64,000 bases of DNA from positions 620,001-684,000 of the forward strand of contig AP024664.1 of assembly GCA_024346625.1 (NCBI GenBank), written 5' to 3'. The notes beneath the pieces are model-generated. The model was not told the origin of the DNA. It ran no database searches and saw nothing but the letters and a program-made list of their open reading frames with translations. Position numbers and translations under genes: made by a program. The stretch is from Williopsis jadinii. Its lineage: Eukaryota. Below are positions 31,601 to 41,547 of the stretch, in pieces; positions within the stretch are counted from its first letter, which is position 1; each line of letters opens with the position of its first letter.

Positions 31601-31920
31601 CCACTGAGGATAACGGTTCATCAGCACAAGAAACCTCAAGTGACGAAAGCGAAGACGTTTTCATGAAGTTCTTCAACCAACGTAAGAACGTGCAAAACGA
31701 TAAGATGTTACTATTCTTCTGGTTGCCGTTGTTGTTTGTCATCATGTCTACATTTATTCTCCACAGTACTGGTTACACCACTGGGTTAACAACACAGTTC
31801 CAGGACTTTATGAGGGACAGCGTAAGTAAGATCATGTTGGGCAATGAACGTGTGAAGGTTGCATTAAACAAGCACTTTTCACAGGGATACCATGCAGTGA
31901 CAAGTGCGATAAACGCATGA
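28630..31920 (+). CDS. MGA2: ER membrane-bound transcription activator Mga2/Spt23
   Basis: SRVETQIKL, RIVCYCRHH, IPT domain (VIPAQGPLRGGIEVTLLG), ankyrin repeats, LPRY Rsp5-binding motif, NDKMLLFFWLPL TM. Confidence 0.95.
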   Translation: MSIQFDEFPPHLEQNQESSSSTSDNVDVLDEFLDRRLYDDAYVKNQQQQQGQQQPGQQQGQQVPEVYQREAADQHMVHNDDLFQEFLVDDMASSGGDFIFSAVDAQGHDMNSFDLGDAATSTTLLPFVEPSSAVSNGNGNGNKEQAHMFSKDITAASPTNLTATTPVSIDMSPPGSTTSNNEVFTTPTSLPNETGGSMAEHSVSTQNESHRQQQQQTVSSSISSPYEAARNILSGLKFGREVPPQFDNEFPKHYLGVNEETLPYRLTLENLPSCSRVETQIKLELKISPPPQQFLVHLPSDTIAKQKLCLSSELDQDAKDQMLFLDTYVLTSDDKPCNICTKCIRREQKRASRRKSGVSDNMSWMTNTHKRAIIFNCKEVISFPATPINGSSSVGLSSRIVCYCRHHNEPTGFKLLLLLRDSKGNLVAKHLSSPIMIMDRKKSGDDGSSNAQLSNTASNSANEGSSILLPRSGTQHPISPTSIEDDSSEAIASSDYNRATKRKKTWSPELSDGFSIAPSRTHSTAIKRESITHTSRSSLDMSAQHQPVQPLQPVLPYTLSTQSLQQQLQQQQQQQQQQQNVPIIQKVIPAQGPLRGGIEVTLLGQNFKDGLVVKFGPNKALATQWWSATTMVTYLPPAPQAGQVIVTVEDLQTNQKTGSTVFTYVDDTDRQMIELALQIVGLKMNGKLEDARNIARKIIGSDGSGNNNGDESGTSSQQDTPMTGYSLQYDSDEDLILKVINMLPNRPNWSLCTAEGQTLLHLSSLKSYNRLVSCLLQKGARVDSKDVMGYTPLHYAALAGNRVSIEMLLNCKAKIDAKTDNGLTPEDVADANVLDLFKYHNSLISRKFSSTSISSSIFSIDDDQIDIQGGSHVSRMTTDGLTDDDYESDYDEDSDESSADASNEESENDFADNEGDSVENLPAGSSNEVTGTGSSQNGSLWNKVRNVFQNAGDADDLPRYDDLFPIGGQFSLTKLRFSSTTTAPATISNEATEDNGSSAQETSSDESEDVFMKFFNQRKNVQNDKMLLFFWLPLLFVIMSTFILHSTGYTTGLTTQFQDFMRDSVSKIMLGNERVKVALNKHFSQGYHAVTSAINA

Positions 31921-32243
31921 ATCATTCTGTGTTTCTATGCTTCATGGTTATTTCTATGTTTTCCTGGATACCTTTCCTTATATCATTGTGTGTATGTGTG
32001 TGTTTTTCTTTGCCTGCTCAAATGTGGCACACTTTGCTTTCTCTATTTATGACGTCCTAATGGGATACCAACGGCTATCGTTTTTCTAATCTTCGTTCAA
32101 TTTTGGGTGGTTTTGATTTAATTTTCTTCTTTGCTAATGAATTTTATTCTCTTTGCTTATATGTTTTGCTTCGTTTTTGCTCATTGCACTTTAAACCCGG
32201 TTTCTGTAGCTAACAAAAACAGAAATTTGATAATTGGCATAGT

Positions 32244-32272
32244 TGAAAATTTTCGAGAGCTCATCTCATCGC
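32244..32272 (+). promoter_or_regulatory. RRPE and double PAC upstream of MAK11
   Basis: TGAAAATTTT followed by GCTCATCTCATCGC. Confidence 0.85.
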
Positions 32273-32313
32273 ACAGACCAATTGTTTAACCAAGTTGGAA
32301 ACAAATCGAAAAG

Positions 32314-33549
32314 ATGGCTAACAAAGTGAAACTTCAAGAGAAGAATGAGCCTGTGATAAAGCCAACGATTATCCAGGAAAGCACTGTTTCCTCTGGAGCT
32401 ACACAGTTCCGTATATACGTTGGTTCCTACGAACACAACTTGTTATGTCTTTCTCTGATTCTTGAGAAGGAAAAGACTCCAGTTTTCCAGCCTATCTTCC
32501 ATTTCCAAGCACATTCCCTCTCCATCAAGGCAATTGCAGCAGCTAAGAGATACCTTGTTACTGGCTCCAACGATGAGCACATCAGAATCTACGATCTTCA
32601 AAAGAGAAAAGAATTGGGGACTCTGTTGGGGCACCAAGGCACGATCACATGTTTGAAGTTTTCATCAGAGGGGCATAAAGAAGGTGAAACCGCCACAGGA
32701 ACATCGGGCAAGTGGATGCTTTCCGGTTCTGAAGACGGTAAGGTTATTATTTGGCGTACCAAGGATTGGGAGCTGTTTGGGACGTTGAAAGGACATCAAG
32801 GCCGAGTAAACGATTTGGCTATCCACCCAAGTGGTAGAATTGCCGTGAGTGTTGGAGATGATAGAACTATTAGACTTTGGAACTTGATGACTGTGAAGAA
32901 GGCTGCCAATTTAAAGATCAAAAATGACTGGCAAAAGGGTGAGTGTGTGAGATGGTCACTGAATGGTGATTATTTCCTTGTCGGTTTATTGACAAAAGTG
33001 CTTATTTATAACACTTCAGACGCTCAGATAGTCAAGGAGCTCTCGTTCAAGACACCGCTCATGCATCTGGAAGTTCGTCAAATTGACAATACTGAGTACG
33101 TTGTCGTTGGGCTGGGTAACGGTGTATTGGAATTTTACAAGTTGACTGACCTCATTGGGAAGGAGGACATCGTTGAACCTGCGTTTAAACTCCATGGACA
33201 CACCAAGAGAGTCAAAGACTTCAAGTTCTTTGAAACCAACGGACAATTATATCTCGTTTCTATTTCATCAGATGGATCCATTGTGGTGTGGGACATGTCT
33301 ATCAAGGACCAGGTTGCAGTCTACACCACTGGTGAAAGACTCAACTGTCTTGAAGTTACCGATGAGACTGTCGAAAAGGCTGAGACCATGAAGAGAAGAC
33401 GTGATGAGTTGGAGGAAGCAGAAGCTAGCGCAAGTGAAAGCGAGAATGAAGACACTGAGGAGTTGAAAAGAATAATGATGAACGATAGAAGAAAAAAGAA
33501 GAAGAAAGGTAAGAAGAAAGTGGAAAAGATCTCTGTTGAATTAGAGTAG
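32314..33549 (+). CDS. MAK11: 60S biogenesis WD40 protein Mak11
   Basis: FRIYVGSYEHNLLCLSL, PIFHFQAHSLSIK, IRIYDLQKRKELGTLL. Confidence 0.95.
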   Translation: MANKVKLQEKNEPVIKPTIIQESTVSSGATQFRIYVGSYEHNLLCLSLILEKEKTPVFQPIFHFQAHSLSIKAIAAAKRYLVTGSNDEHIRIYDLQKRKELGTLLGHQGTITCLKFSSEGHKEGETATGTSGKWMLSGSEDGKVIIWRTKDWELFGTLKGHQGRVNDLAIHPSGRIAVSVGDDRTIRLWNLMTVKKAANLKIKNDWQKGECVRWSLNGDYFLVGLLTKVLIYNTSDAQIVKELSFKTPLMHLEVRQIDNTEYVVVGLGNGVLEFYKLTDLIGKEDIVEPAFKLHGHTKRVKDFKFFETNGQLYLVSISSDGSIVVWDMSIKDQVAVYTTGERLNCLEVTDETVEKAETMKRRRDELEEAEASASESENEDTEELKRIMMNDRRKKKKKGKKKVEKISVELE

Positions 33550-33672
33550 TCCAATACCAGCACTACTATTTCATTAAAAGAAAATAAACATCACCGTATA
33601 GGAATAGCATCTATGTAAAGCTGATCATGTTATACAAAGAAGGAAAGATACACTCAATGACCTGGTCCACCT

Positions 33673-34803
<1,131 letters not shown>

Positions 34804-34957
34804 TTAGTACTGAATTGGTCTTTCCACGAGATGAAAAGCGAATAGAATAACTGCAAAGTTGAGCTAAGTTGAAGGGAATGGAAAGAAAAAAAGAGTATAA
34901 TTCCAGATTTTAAATACGCTTGAGAACTTTTTCCTACGCCATATCAATGGATGATTG

Positions 34958-34965
34958 ATGACTCT
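34958..34965. promoter_or_regulatory. Gcn4-type site upstream of LYS1
   Basis: ATGACTCT about 160 bp upstream of an amino-acid biosynthesis gene. Confidence 0.6.
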
Positions 34966-35268
34966 ACGGTGCATCCCTGCAACCACCAGCCATGGCGAAG
35001 AAAAAAAAACTGAGCGGGACCGGTAAAGGCGCCGGAAATAGGCGTGGCGACAAGTGCAAAACGAGTTCGCGGGATCGGAAAAATATACGTTTTGCCATCG
35101 GAATTGGGATGAGTTTTGTTACGTAATCAGTGCCGTGGTGCTTATGTAAGCAATGTTTTGGTTTCGTATCAGCGCTTGATGTGTTGATGTTGATGTTGTT
35201 GTTGTTGTTTACCTGTGTGGCATCAAGCAGAAACTCCCTCTCACCGCTCGCTTACACACGGCTCACAG

Positions 35269-37203
35269 ATGGAGACACCCTCACAGCACAGCTCCACGCT
35301 GGCCATCTCGCCGCTCATCGGCAACAGAACACACGACACCATACGATCAACGCCAAAGGAAGCCAACATCAGCCAACACAGCAGCCTCCACAACTCGAGC
35401 TACAACCTGACGCCTGGGAACGTTGGCAACATCTCGGATGTGTCTGCTGCGGATAGATTGCGTCTATGGCGCCACGACGCCCTGATGCAGCACCATTACA
35501 AGACCGCGGAGTACATTGGCGACAAGGTGTTGACGTTGACCAATGACCCGAATGATGCCTTCTGGTTGGCTCAGGTTTACTACAACAACGGCGATTACTA
35601 CAGGGCGCGTCAGCTACTCTCGAGGCAAAGGCTGGACACGACGAGCGTCTCGTGCCGCTATTTGGCGGCGCTGTGTCTGATGAAGATGGAGCAGTGGGAC
35701 GAAGCGCTGGACATTGTTGGTGAAACAAACCCTTTTAGAAATGCGTCGCACAAGGCACAGAATACCGATGGTGGCATCAAATGGGAGGCCTCGTTGTGCT
35801 TCATCCGTGGAGAGATCTACGCGAATCAGAACAACCTGGAAAGGGCCAAGGAGTGCTATACAGAAGCCATCTTGGTGGATGTGAAGTGCTACGAGGCGTT
35901 TGACGAGCTCGTAAGGAATGACATGTTGAAGCCTCAAGAGGAGTGGGAGTTGTTGATGCAGTTAGACTTCTCAGAGCTTGGAGATAACGACGAATTCATC
36001 CATCAGTTGTACGTCACTAGGCTGAACAAGTACATCAACCAGAAGAACCAGGAGAATGCACATTTCATCTTGAAAGAGGAATATTCAATGACAAACAACT
36101 CAGACGTCATTGTCAGTAGAGCTGAAACGCTATACGTCCAGTGCAAGTTCCAGAAATGTCTTGAACTTTGTGAAGAAGTACTCAAGGAGGACGAGTTGAA
36201 CTTTGCAACGTTGCCGATATATTTGGCATCTCTGCACGAATTGAGGGCCAAAAACAAGCTTTACCTCATCTCTCATAAATTGGCTGAACATTATCCAAAA
36301 AAGCCCATCTCATGGCTTGCTGTGGGGATATATTACCTTGCCATTAACAAGATCCCTGAGGCGAGAAAATATTTCTCCAAAGCTTCTTCTTTGAATCCAA
36401 ACTTCTCAGAAGCATGGATTGGATTTGCACATACATTTGCTGCTGAAGGAGAACATGACCAGGCCATTGCTGCTTATTCCACAGCATCTAGATTCTTCCC
36501 AGGTTCTCATCTACCGAACTTGTTCCTTGGAATGCAATACCTTCAAATGGGTAATTTGACGCTTACGAGTGAGTATTTGATGTCATCCTTCTCGATCTGT
36601 CCGAAGGATCCATTGTTGTTAAACGAGATCGGCGTTATGAATTATCACAAGGGTGACCTTTCGAATAGTGAGGCGTATCTAAACCAAGCATTACAGGTTT
36701 CTAGGGATATCGATTCAGACTCTAAATCGTGGATTTCGATAAATTCAAACTTGGGCCATGTCTATCGTCGCATGGGTCTTTATTCAAAGGCATTGATGTG
36801 CTTTGAGGAAGTTTTAAGGGTTTCTAAAAGGGACCTGAACGTATATTCTGCTATTGGTTTGGTCTACCTTAAAATGGGAGACCCCGGTAAGGCGATACAA
36901 AACCTTCACTATTCGTTGGCTACAGGGACCCATGATCCAGTGGCCCATGACTTGTTGAAAAGAGCATTGGATGAGAACCTCTCTTCCAAGTGCCAGGAAG
37001 AGTTCTTTGCAAAGACCTCAAGAGAGGCTCTCACTTTCAGCAGTGCAACAAAGACCCCATTGATGAATAGAACCAAGCACGTTTCAAAGAGCAACACGCT
37101 GAACGATTCAGTGGATCAAATTGCTACTGATTTAATCAACGGTGCAGATTCTAGTGATGACGATGATGATGATGATGCAATAATGGATATTGAGAGTGAT
37201 TAA
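35269..37203 (+). CDS. CDC16: APC/C TPR subunit Cdc16 (Apc6)
   Basis: First ATG at 35269 (METPSQHSSTLAISP); RLRLWRHDALMQHHYKTAEYIGDKV, AWIGFAHTFAAEGEHDQA, TPR repeats. Confidence 0.95.
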   Translation: METPSQHSSTLAISPLIGNRTHDTIRSTPKEANISQHSSLHNSSYNLTPGNVGNISDVSAADRLRLWRHDALMQHHYKTAEYIGDKVLTLTNDPNDAFWLAQVYYNNGDYYRARQLLSRQRLDTTSVSCRYLAALCLMKMEQWDEALDIVGETNPFRNASHKAQNTDGGIKWEASLCFIRGEIYANQNNLERAKECYTEAILVDVKCYEAFDELVRNDMLKPQEEWELLMQLDFSELGDNDEFIHQLYVTRLNKYINQKNQENAHFILKEEYSMTNNSDVIVSRAETLYVQCKFQKCLELCEEVLKEDELNFATLPIYLASLHELRAKNKLYLISHKLAEHYPKKPISWLAVGIYYLAINKIPEARKYFSKASSLNPNFSEAWIGFAHTFAAEGEHDQAIAAYSTASRFFPGSHLPNLFLGMQYLQMGNLTLTSEYLMSSFSICPKDPLLLNEIGVMNYHKGDLSNSEAYLNQALQVSRDIDSDSKSWISINSNLGHVYRRMGLYSKALMCFEEVLRVSKRDLNVYSAIGLVYLKMGDPGKAIQNLHYSLATGTHDPVAHDLLKRALDENLSSKCQEEFFAKTSREALTFSSATKTPLMNRTKHVSKSNTLNDSVDQIATDLINGADSSDDDDDDDAIMDIESD

Positions 37204-37277
37204 GTCGTATATAATTTGAACGTCGTTTACATGATGGGGGTGTTTTGCTAATGATATATTTCTTCTCAACCAGTGAA

Positions 37278-38351
37278 CTAATCTGTGGTAGTCTTTAGTG
37301 CGGTAGGGTGCTTCTTTGGTCTTCGTGCTCTCTGCTTGGTGGTCTTTTTAGTTGATTGGTCTGCTGAATCACTTGGTGTAATCTCCTGTTTGTCCACCAT
37401 TGGTTTAGCACTCTTCTTCTCGGATGGTTTGTTACTCTGTGGCTGTGGTCCAGGTCTCTGGTTCTGTGTAGTTGGCTTCTCCTTTGCCTTCTCCTTTACC
37501 TCCTCCTTTACCTTCTCCTTTGCCTTCTTTACTCTGGTGCCACTCCTCTTCTTCCCTGTGACGCCTTCTTCGGCATTCTGCTGTGTACTTTCGGCTTGAG
37601 ATACCTTCTGTCTCTGCTTCTTCCTCTTAGACCTGTCCTGCGGTTTGTCTGCCATCTTCTTCTGCAATTTCTCCCAGTTAGAGCCAACCTCATCGAATAG
37701 AATCTTCTTCTTCTTCTGCCCCTTCTTGCCATCACGGTTTCCCGCAACATTCAATGCTTCAAATCTCTTGGAGAGATGAGCTGGGTTGTTGAACTCTTCA
37801 TCGAGTTGGATCTGCTCCTCCTCATCGCTCACAACAAACTGTGGGCCATCTTCAGAGTCGCTGTCGTTCTCCAATTGGAAGTAGTCGCTGGCGGACTCAT
37901 CTGAAGACAGCAACGTAAGATCGTCGAGTTCCTCAGAGAGTTGTAACAGGCTGTCCATAAACTGTGCACTGGGCTTCGCTCTCCCTCCTGGTGCCTTGTC
38001 CTCAAGGTGATGGTCTTCATCTCCATCTCCATCTTCATCAGAGCTGAAGCCCAAGTCGAAATCCAGGTTCAATATCTCTTGCCGAACTTGTGATCTGGGC
38101 TTCTTACCGGCTCTGCTCCTCCTCTGCGTATCCTGGTGCCCACTTGGTGCACCATCAACCCCTTCAGCATCATCAACTTTGGGCTCGTCATCCACAACTT
38201 CGTCATCATGGTTCAGCAGGAAGTCCAGATCGTTGTCGAACGCATCACGAACTTGGGTCTGAGCATTGTACTCAACCTCTCGCTTCGGCACCTCGTCTGG
38301 TGACTTGAGGTAAACGGGCACAACGGTCTTCTTAGGCTTCTTCTTTCCCAT
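37278..38351 (-). CDS. Low-complexity acidic/basic protein at the SKA1 (YKL023W) position
   Basis: 357-aa ORF between CDC16 and URA6, convergent with CDC16; identity by position only. Confidence 0.6.
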   Translation of the reverse strand: MGKKKPKKTVVPVYLKSPDEVPKREVEYNAQTQVRDAFDNDLDFLLNHDDEVVDDEPKVDDAEGVDGAPSGHQDTQRRSRAGKKPRSQVRQEILNLDFDLGFSSDEDGDGDEDHHLEDKAPGGRAKPSAQFMDSLLQLSEELDDLTLLSSDESASDYFQLENDSDSEDGPQFVVSDEEEQIQLDEEFNNPAHLSKRFEALNVAGNRDGKKGQKKKKILFDEVGSNWEKLQKKMADKPQDRSKRKKQRQKVSQAESTQQNAEEGVTGKKRSGTRVKKAKEKVKEEVKEKAKEKPTTQNQRPGPQPQSNKPSEKKSAKPMVDKQEITPSDSADQSTKKTTKQRARRPKKHPTALKTTTD

Positions 38352-38605
38352 CTCTAACCACTGCTACTGAGCCTGTCCTCTGGCCTCTCCTTCCGTTCTG
38401 TGCGTCCAAAGCGGTCTCTTGTTTACTTTTGTAGTAGGAAACATCCAGACATATATCGCTAAGCAAAGGCTAAGCGCCGTACAAAGCATCAACATGTGAA
38501 TGGTAAAGAGGTCGATGAAAGGAGATTAATCTACATTTAATACATTCAGCCGACATAGTGCGTGGTTTCTATTCTAGAGCAGGTTGTCACAGCTTGTGGC
38601 AGGTG

Positions 38606-39487
38606 CTAGAAGGAGCCTATCTTGTCGGCAATGGCCTTCTCAACCTGGGAGTAAACAACTTCGACTGGATGGTCACACTGCAACTTGACAACTTTGCCCT
38701 GCTTGTCGAAGTACTCAACCACCGGATAGCTTGTCTCGATAAAGGTCTTGAATCTCTTCTTGATGGACTCGATGTTGTCGTCTGATCTGCCTGAGGTCTT
38801 TCCTCTTTCGAGCAAACGTTGCAGCATGACTTGTTCTGGGCATTCAAAGAAGATCGTGAAGGAGCTGGTGGCGATTTCATCCTCAAAGATGATGGCCTGG
38901 TCCATTTTTCTCGGGAAGCCGTCGATGAGGAACCTCGTCTTGCCGTTGGCGTACGCCTCTTTCATGGCATTCTTCAACAAGCCCACGGTGACCTCTTGTG
39001 GGACGATCACACCGTCCTTGATGCATTTGGAGATGAGTTCTCCGTACTGGGAGCCCTCTCTGTTCTGCTCTGCTCTCAGCAGATCTCCGGCACTCAGGTG
39101 AACGAACTTGTGGTGCTCAACCAGCCTGTTGCACTGGGTACCCTTACCGGAACCTGGTCCACCAAGGACAAAAATCACGTTGACCTCACCGTCCTTGAAC
39201 GCCTTTGTCTTCTTCTTCTCAGGCTCAACAAGCTCTGTAGGAGCACTCTTCTGGTAAGACAAGGACAGCACAGTGGACCCAATGGCCAACAACCCGAGCA
39301 ACACGGCCACTTTGCCCCTATTGGACGAGCCCTTTGGCTGTTGTTGGTCCGATGTCTTCTTGTCATTGGCCTTCTTCTGGGCCTGGAATCGGTAGACAGA
39401 GGACGAAAACAGCCTCTTGGACACAATTGGAGACGCCTGTCTCGCACTGAGCCGTCTGGCACTGGAGAGCAATACTCTGTTCATCAT
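38606..39487 (-). CDS. URA6: UMP/CMP kinase with N-terminal presequence and TM extension
   Basis: ATG at 39487 or 39484; VIFVLGGPGSGKGTQC, HLSAGDLLRAEQ, FLIDGFPRKMDQA, GRSDDNIESIKKRF. Confidence 0.93.
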   Translation of the reverse strand: MMNRVLLSSARRLSARQASPIVSKRLFSSSVYRFQAQKKANDKKTSDQQQPKGSSNRGKVAVLLGLLAIGSTVLSLSYQKSAPTELVEPEKKKTKAFKDGEVNVIFVLGGPGSGKGTQCNRLVEHHKFVHLSAGDLLRAEQNREGSQYGELISKCIKDGVIVPQEVTVGLLKNAMKEAYANGKTRFLIDGFPRKMDQAIIFEDEIATSSFTIFFECPEQVMLQRLLERGKTSGRSDDNIESIKKRFKTFIETSYPVVEYFDKQGKVVKLQCDHPVEVVYSQVEKAIADKIGSF

Positions 39488-39760
39488 CAACTTGGGGTAT
39501 GAGCTCACAGGAAGGAGATGTTGTACAGCAAATGCTTTGTGCTAAAAGGTGAAGAAAGTGGTTGACGGAGGGCAGCGGACGCGCCGAAGGCTGAAACCGG
39601 CACGAATTGTTGGTTCGGGAACGTCCGCTAATCACCGAGGTTACGGGTCTGCTTATGTAAGTTTACAGGGAACAGCTATGGCTATGGGCTATGTGCTATG
39701 CTTCGTTATGATTGTTTATTCGTTTGCTTCAGCAATCGGCTAACCGTTGATGTTTGTGCG

Positions 39761-40747
39761 TCACTTTGTGTATTTGTCGAGCAATTGATCGTTATACCTC
39801 AAATACTTCCCGTTAATCTCCTTGTCGATTCCTCTCAGCGCGATGTTGGCATATATCCTTGCAGGGACGGAGGGATCCAGCAACTCCTGGTTTCTCTTTA
39901 GATCTGTGAATCTCTTGTGTGCCTCCTTGGTCATGTTGGCACCAACTATTGTGATTTTGTTAGTATGCCCTGTGTGAATTCAGTTGAGGTAACGGTGGAA
40001 CAACAGACAAACTCACATTTATCCCTGATTTCCACTTGCATCTGGGTATCGACAACGCCAGGTGCTATAGCCACGGCGGAGATTTCTGGCTCCTCCGATG
40101 TCAATTGAATGGCAAATTGGTTAACTGCTGCCTTGGAGGCTGCGTACGCACCCCATCCGTACTGAGTTTCCTGTTAGTATACTTGTACTGCAAACACGTT
40201 GTGAAATGACACACATACGTAGCCCTTTGTAGAGGCACCGGATGACACCATGATGACGTTTCCCTTGGACTCCTTCAAATAAGGTATGGATTGTGCCACC
40301 AGCGAAACTATGGAGAAGAAGTTGACGTCAAAGAGGTGCTTCCATTCCTTAATGTCCGCAAGTTCCACTCTTTGGACGGGCTCGAGGATTCCAGCATTTG
40401 CAACTATGGAATCTATACGACCAAATTTGCCGATGCATAACTCCACAACCTGTTTGACAACCACTTCATCCGCAAGATCCCCCTGTACTGTCGCTACCCT
40501 TTCCTCCCCATACTTGATCTTCAAGTTTCTCAGCGCATCCTCAGAGCGTGCAACGGCAACGATGCTCGATTCCTTATCCCCAAGAACTATGTCTGCTATG
40601 CAAGCACCGATTCCTACAACCTCAGCATTAGTACCTCATCACGAACAAGAAGCAGCGCAAACGAAAAGCAGCACAACCAAAATCTCCATCTCCCTCAAAG
40701 CCTCAGTACTTACCTCTTGATGCTCCTGTCACAATGATAACTGGCAT
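39761..40747 (-). CDS. IRC24: Benzil/sepiapterin-reductase-like SDR (Irc24/Nre1 family), 4 exons: 40747-40714, 40613-40219, 40161-40017, 39945-39761 (252 aa)
   Basis: Spliced frame MPVIIVTGASRGIG...NAGILEPV...VSSGAS...GWGAYAASK...APGVVDTQMQ. Introns: GTAAGT/TACTAAT/TAG (100 nt), GTATGT/TACTAAC/CAG (57 nt), GTGAGT/TACTAAC/TAG (71 nt); exon phases sum to 759 nt. Confidence 0.85.
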
Positions 40748-41547
40748 CCCTATCGCTTAAACAGTATGAATTCACAACAAACTGTGGAAAGAAACAGGGA
40801 GATGGCGATCTCTCAATTCGAAACAAAGGAATTTTCCAACAGGGCCAGCCCAGGCAAACGAAATCTCTGTGGGGGGCATCTCGGACTCGAAAAGGAAACA
40901 AAGTTGAGTAAGAAAATTCCCGAAACGGAAATATTACGGATCTAGTTGTTTCCGTGCTCGTGACCTTACTGTTTTTGGTATATTTCCTATTTAGTATGAT
41001 TTTTTGTCCTCCTCAACAAAAAACAACAATCAAAACAAAAGACAACACAGACACGAAGGAAGGATAAACAAACAATCAACAACTTTTAAAAAGAGTAAGA
41101 ATAGGTTGGTTTGAATAGGGCGCTTAACATTCTAAGCTCACCATTTGACTTGTTTGGGCTGGTTTCGATAAGGCGCTTATCATATAACTGACATTTTCCA
41201 TTGTACGTGAGTTGGTTTCCTACTTATTTCCTTTACCCGCCCAACGTTTAGGCATCACCGCTGTATATCTGGATTGAGAGAGAGAGATGCCTGGAAAGGT
41301 GAGGAACCCCTTTACCGTTGATACACGTTGAGTGTCTTGTTTTCTGTAACACAGCGCTTGTGTGTTTGTGTGTGTGTGTGTGTCCTTTGATCTAGAGAAC
41401 TAACACTATGAAACGCAGCCCTCGCCTATTGCTCTCCAACCGACATCGCCGTGTTCAATTATACAACCACGCTGATCCTATTGCGATTATAGAGATAGAG
41501 GGGATTTGTTCAACCACAGGACTTCACAAGCTACTGATCTACTCAGT

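Noticed and set aside
41473..41475. TGA reassignment or selenocysteine as the explanation for the PAN3 stop
   Set aside because: TGA is the normal stop of IPI3, RHO5, MGA2, LYS1, GPA1 and RRP14 here; budding yeasts lack Sec machinery; the stop does not align with a zinc ligand
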